Shown: piece by piece, positions 37,432 through 37,744 of the stretch
Position numbering within the stretch: the stretch's first letter is position 1
How the letters are laid out: the number at the start of each line of letters is the position of its first letter
Virus record (IMG/VR): IMGVR_UViG_3300049189_000041
Coordinates: 1 to 37,744 of that record
From: a virus
Lineage: Duplodnaviria > Caudoviricetes
Reading direction: 5' to 3' (one strand)
DNA: 37,744 bases
Made by a program: the position numbers and the translations under genes
Notes under the pieces: generated by a model
Seen by the model: only the letters and a program-made list of their open reading frames with translations
What the model was told of the DNA's origin: nothing
Databases searched by the model: none

Positions 37432-37653
37432 ATGCGTTTTATGAAAATTGAACTGCTTTCAATTATCATTAGCAACCTTGTTCTTGTTATCGGCGCAGTC
37501 TGGCGCATGGGCTTACTTCTTTCCAAGATCGAAGCCAGACTTGCGCACGTAGAAGACAAACTCGGCATCTTCAACGGCGAATCCCTACGCCGCCTCTCCG
37601 ATCTTGAATCTCGCGTGCTTTACCTGGAGCGCATCGATCTAAAACCTAAATAA
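37432..37653 (+). CDS. Single-TM plus coiled-coil protein, holin candidate
   Basis: N-terminal TM then heptads; last gene of the late arm. Confidence 0.6.
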   Translation: MRFMKIELLSIIISNLVLVIGAVWRMGLLLSKIEARLAHVEDKLGIFNGESLRRLSDLESRVLYLERIDLKPK

Positions 37654-37658
37654 CCCCA

Positions 37659-37744
37659 ACCCACTGTGGCTACCACGCTTGACACAATACTAAAATGATT
37701 CATACTACGCGCGTTGCATGTACAGTAACCCTACAGCGTAAGCC
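37659..37744. repeat. Right copy of the 86-bp inverted repeat, running to the window end
   Basis: Exact reverse complement of 1748-1833. Confidence 0.97.

Larger units (their letters stand above)
1..37744. mobile_element. Temperate podovirus-like bacteriophage genome, near complete
   Basis: Terminase-portal-scaffold-capsid-adaptor-nozzle-fibre-ejection gene order, no tape-measure or sheath gene, tyrosine integrase present, no host housekeeping genes. Confidence 0.92.

Overview
The window reads as a near-complete ~36-38 kb temperate, podovirus-like tailed phage genome, apparently not integrated: the integrase is followed directly by phage genes and no host core genes are seen. A divergent promoter/operator at ~12.24-12.31 kb splits it into two arms. 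The leftward arm carries a SWIM-finger protein, a Rad52/Sak-like annealase, a PAPS-reductase-like protein, a GH19 lysin, an Rnl1-type RNA ligase and many small ORFs. The rightward arm carries two Xis-like HTH proteins, a tyrosine integrase, a DnaB-N/AAA helicase with an internal palindromic origin candidate, a nuclease, terminase, portal, scaffold, capsid, decoration protein, an FkbM-methyltransferase/glycosyltransferase fusion, adaptor, nozzle, two paralogous tail fibres and three ejection-type proteins. Most notable: (1) both arms end at the two copies of a perfect >=86-bp inverted repeat (1748-1833 and 37659-37744, the latter cut by the window end), yet no protein-primed polymerase or protelomerase is evident; (2) a ~255-nt multi-hairpin RNA with minus-strand G-U support lies early in the operon that also encodes a stand-alone RNA ligase; (3) the FkbM-GT enzyme sits in the head module behind a T7-gene-10-like slippery site; (4) a ParB-like domain is embedded in the largest ejection protein. 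All protein calls come from motif recognition by eye and gene order; no database searches were run, and the host cannot be determined.
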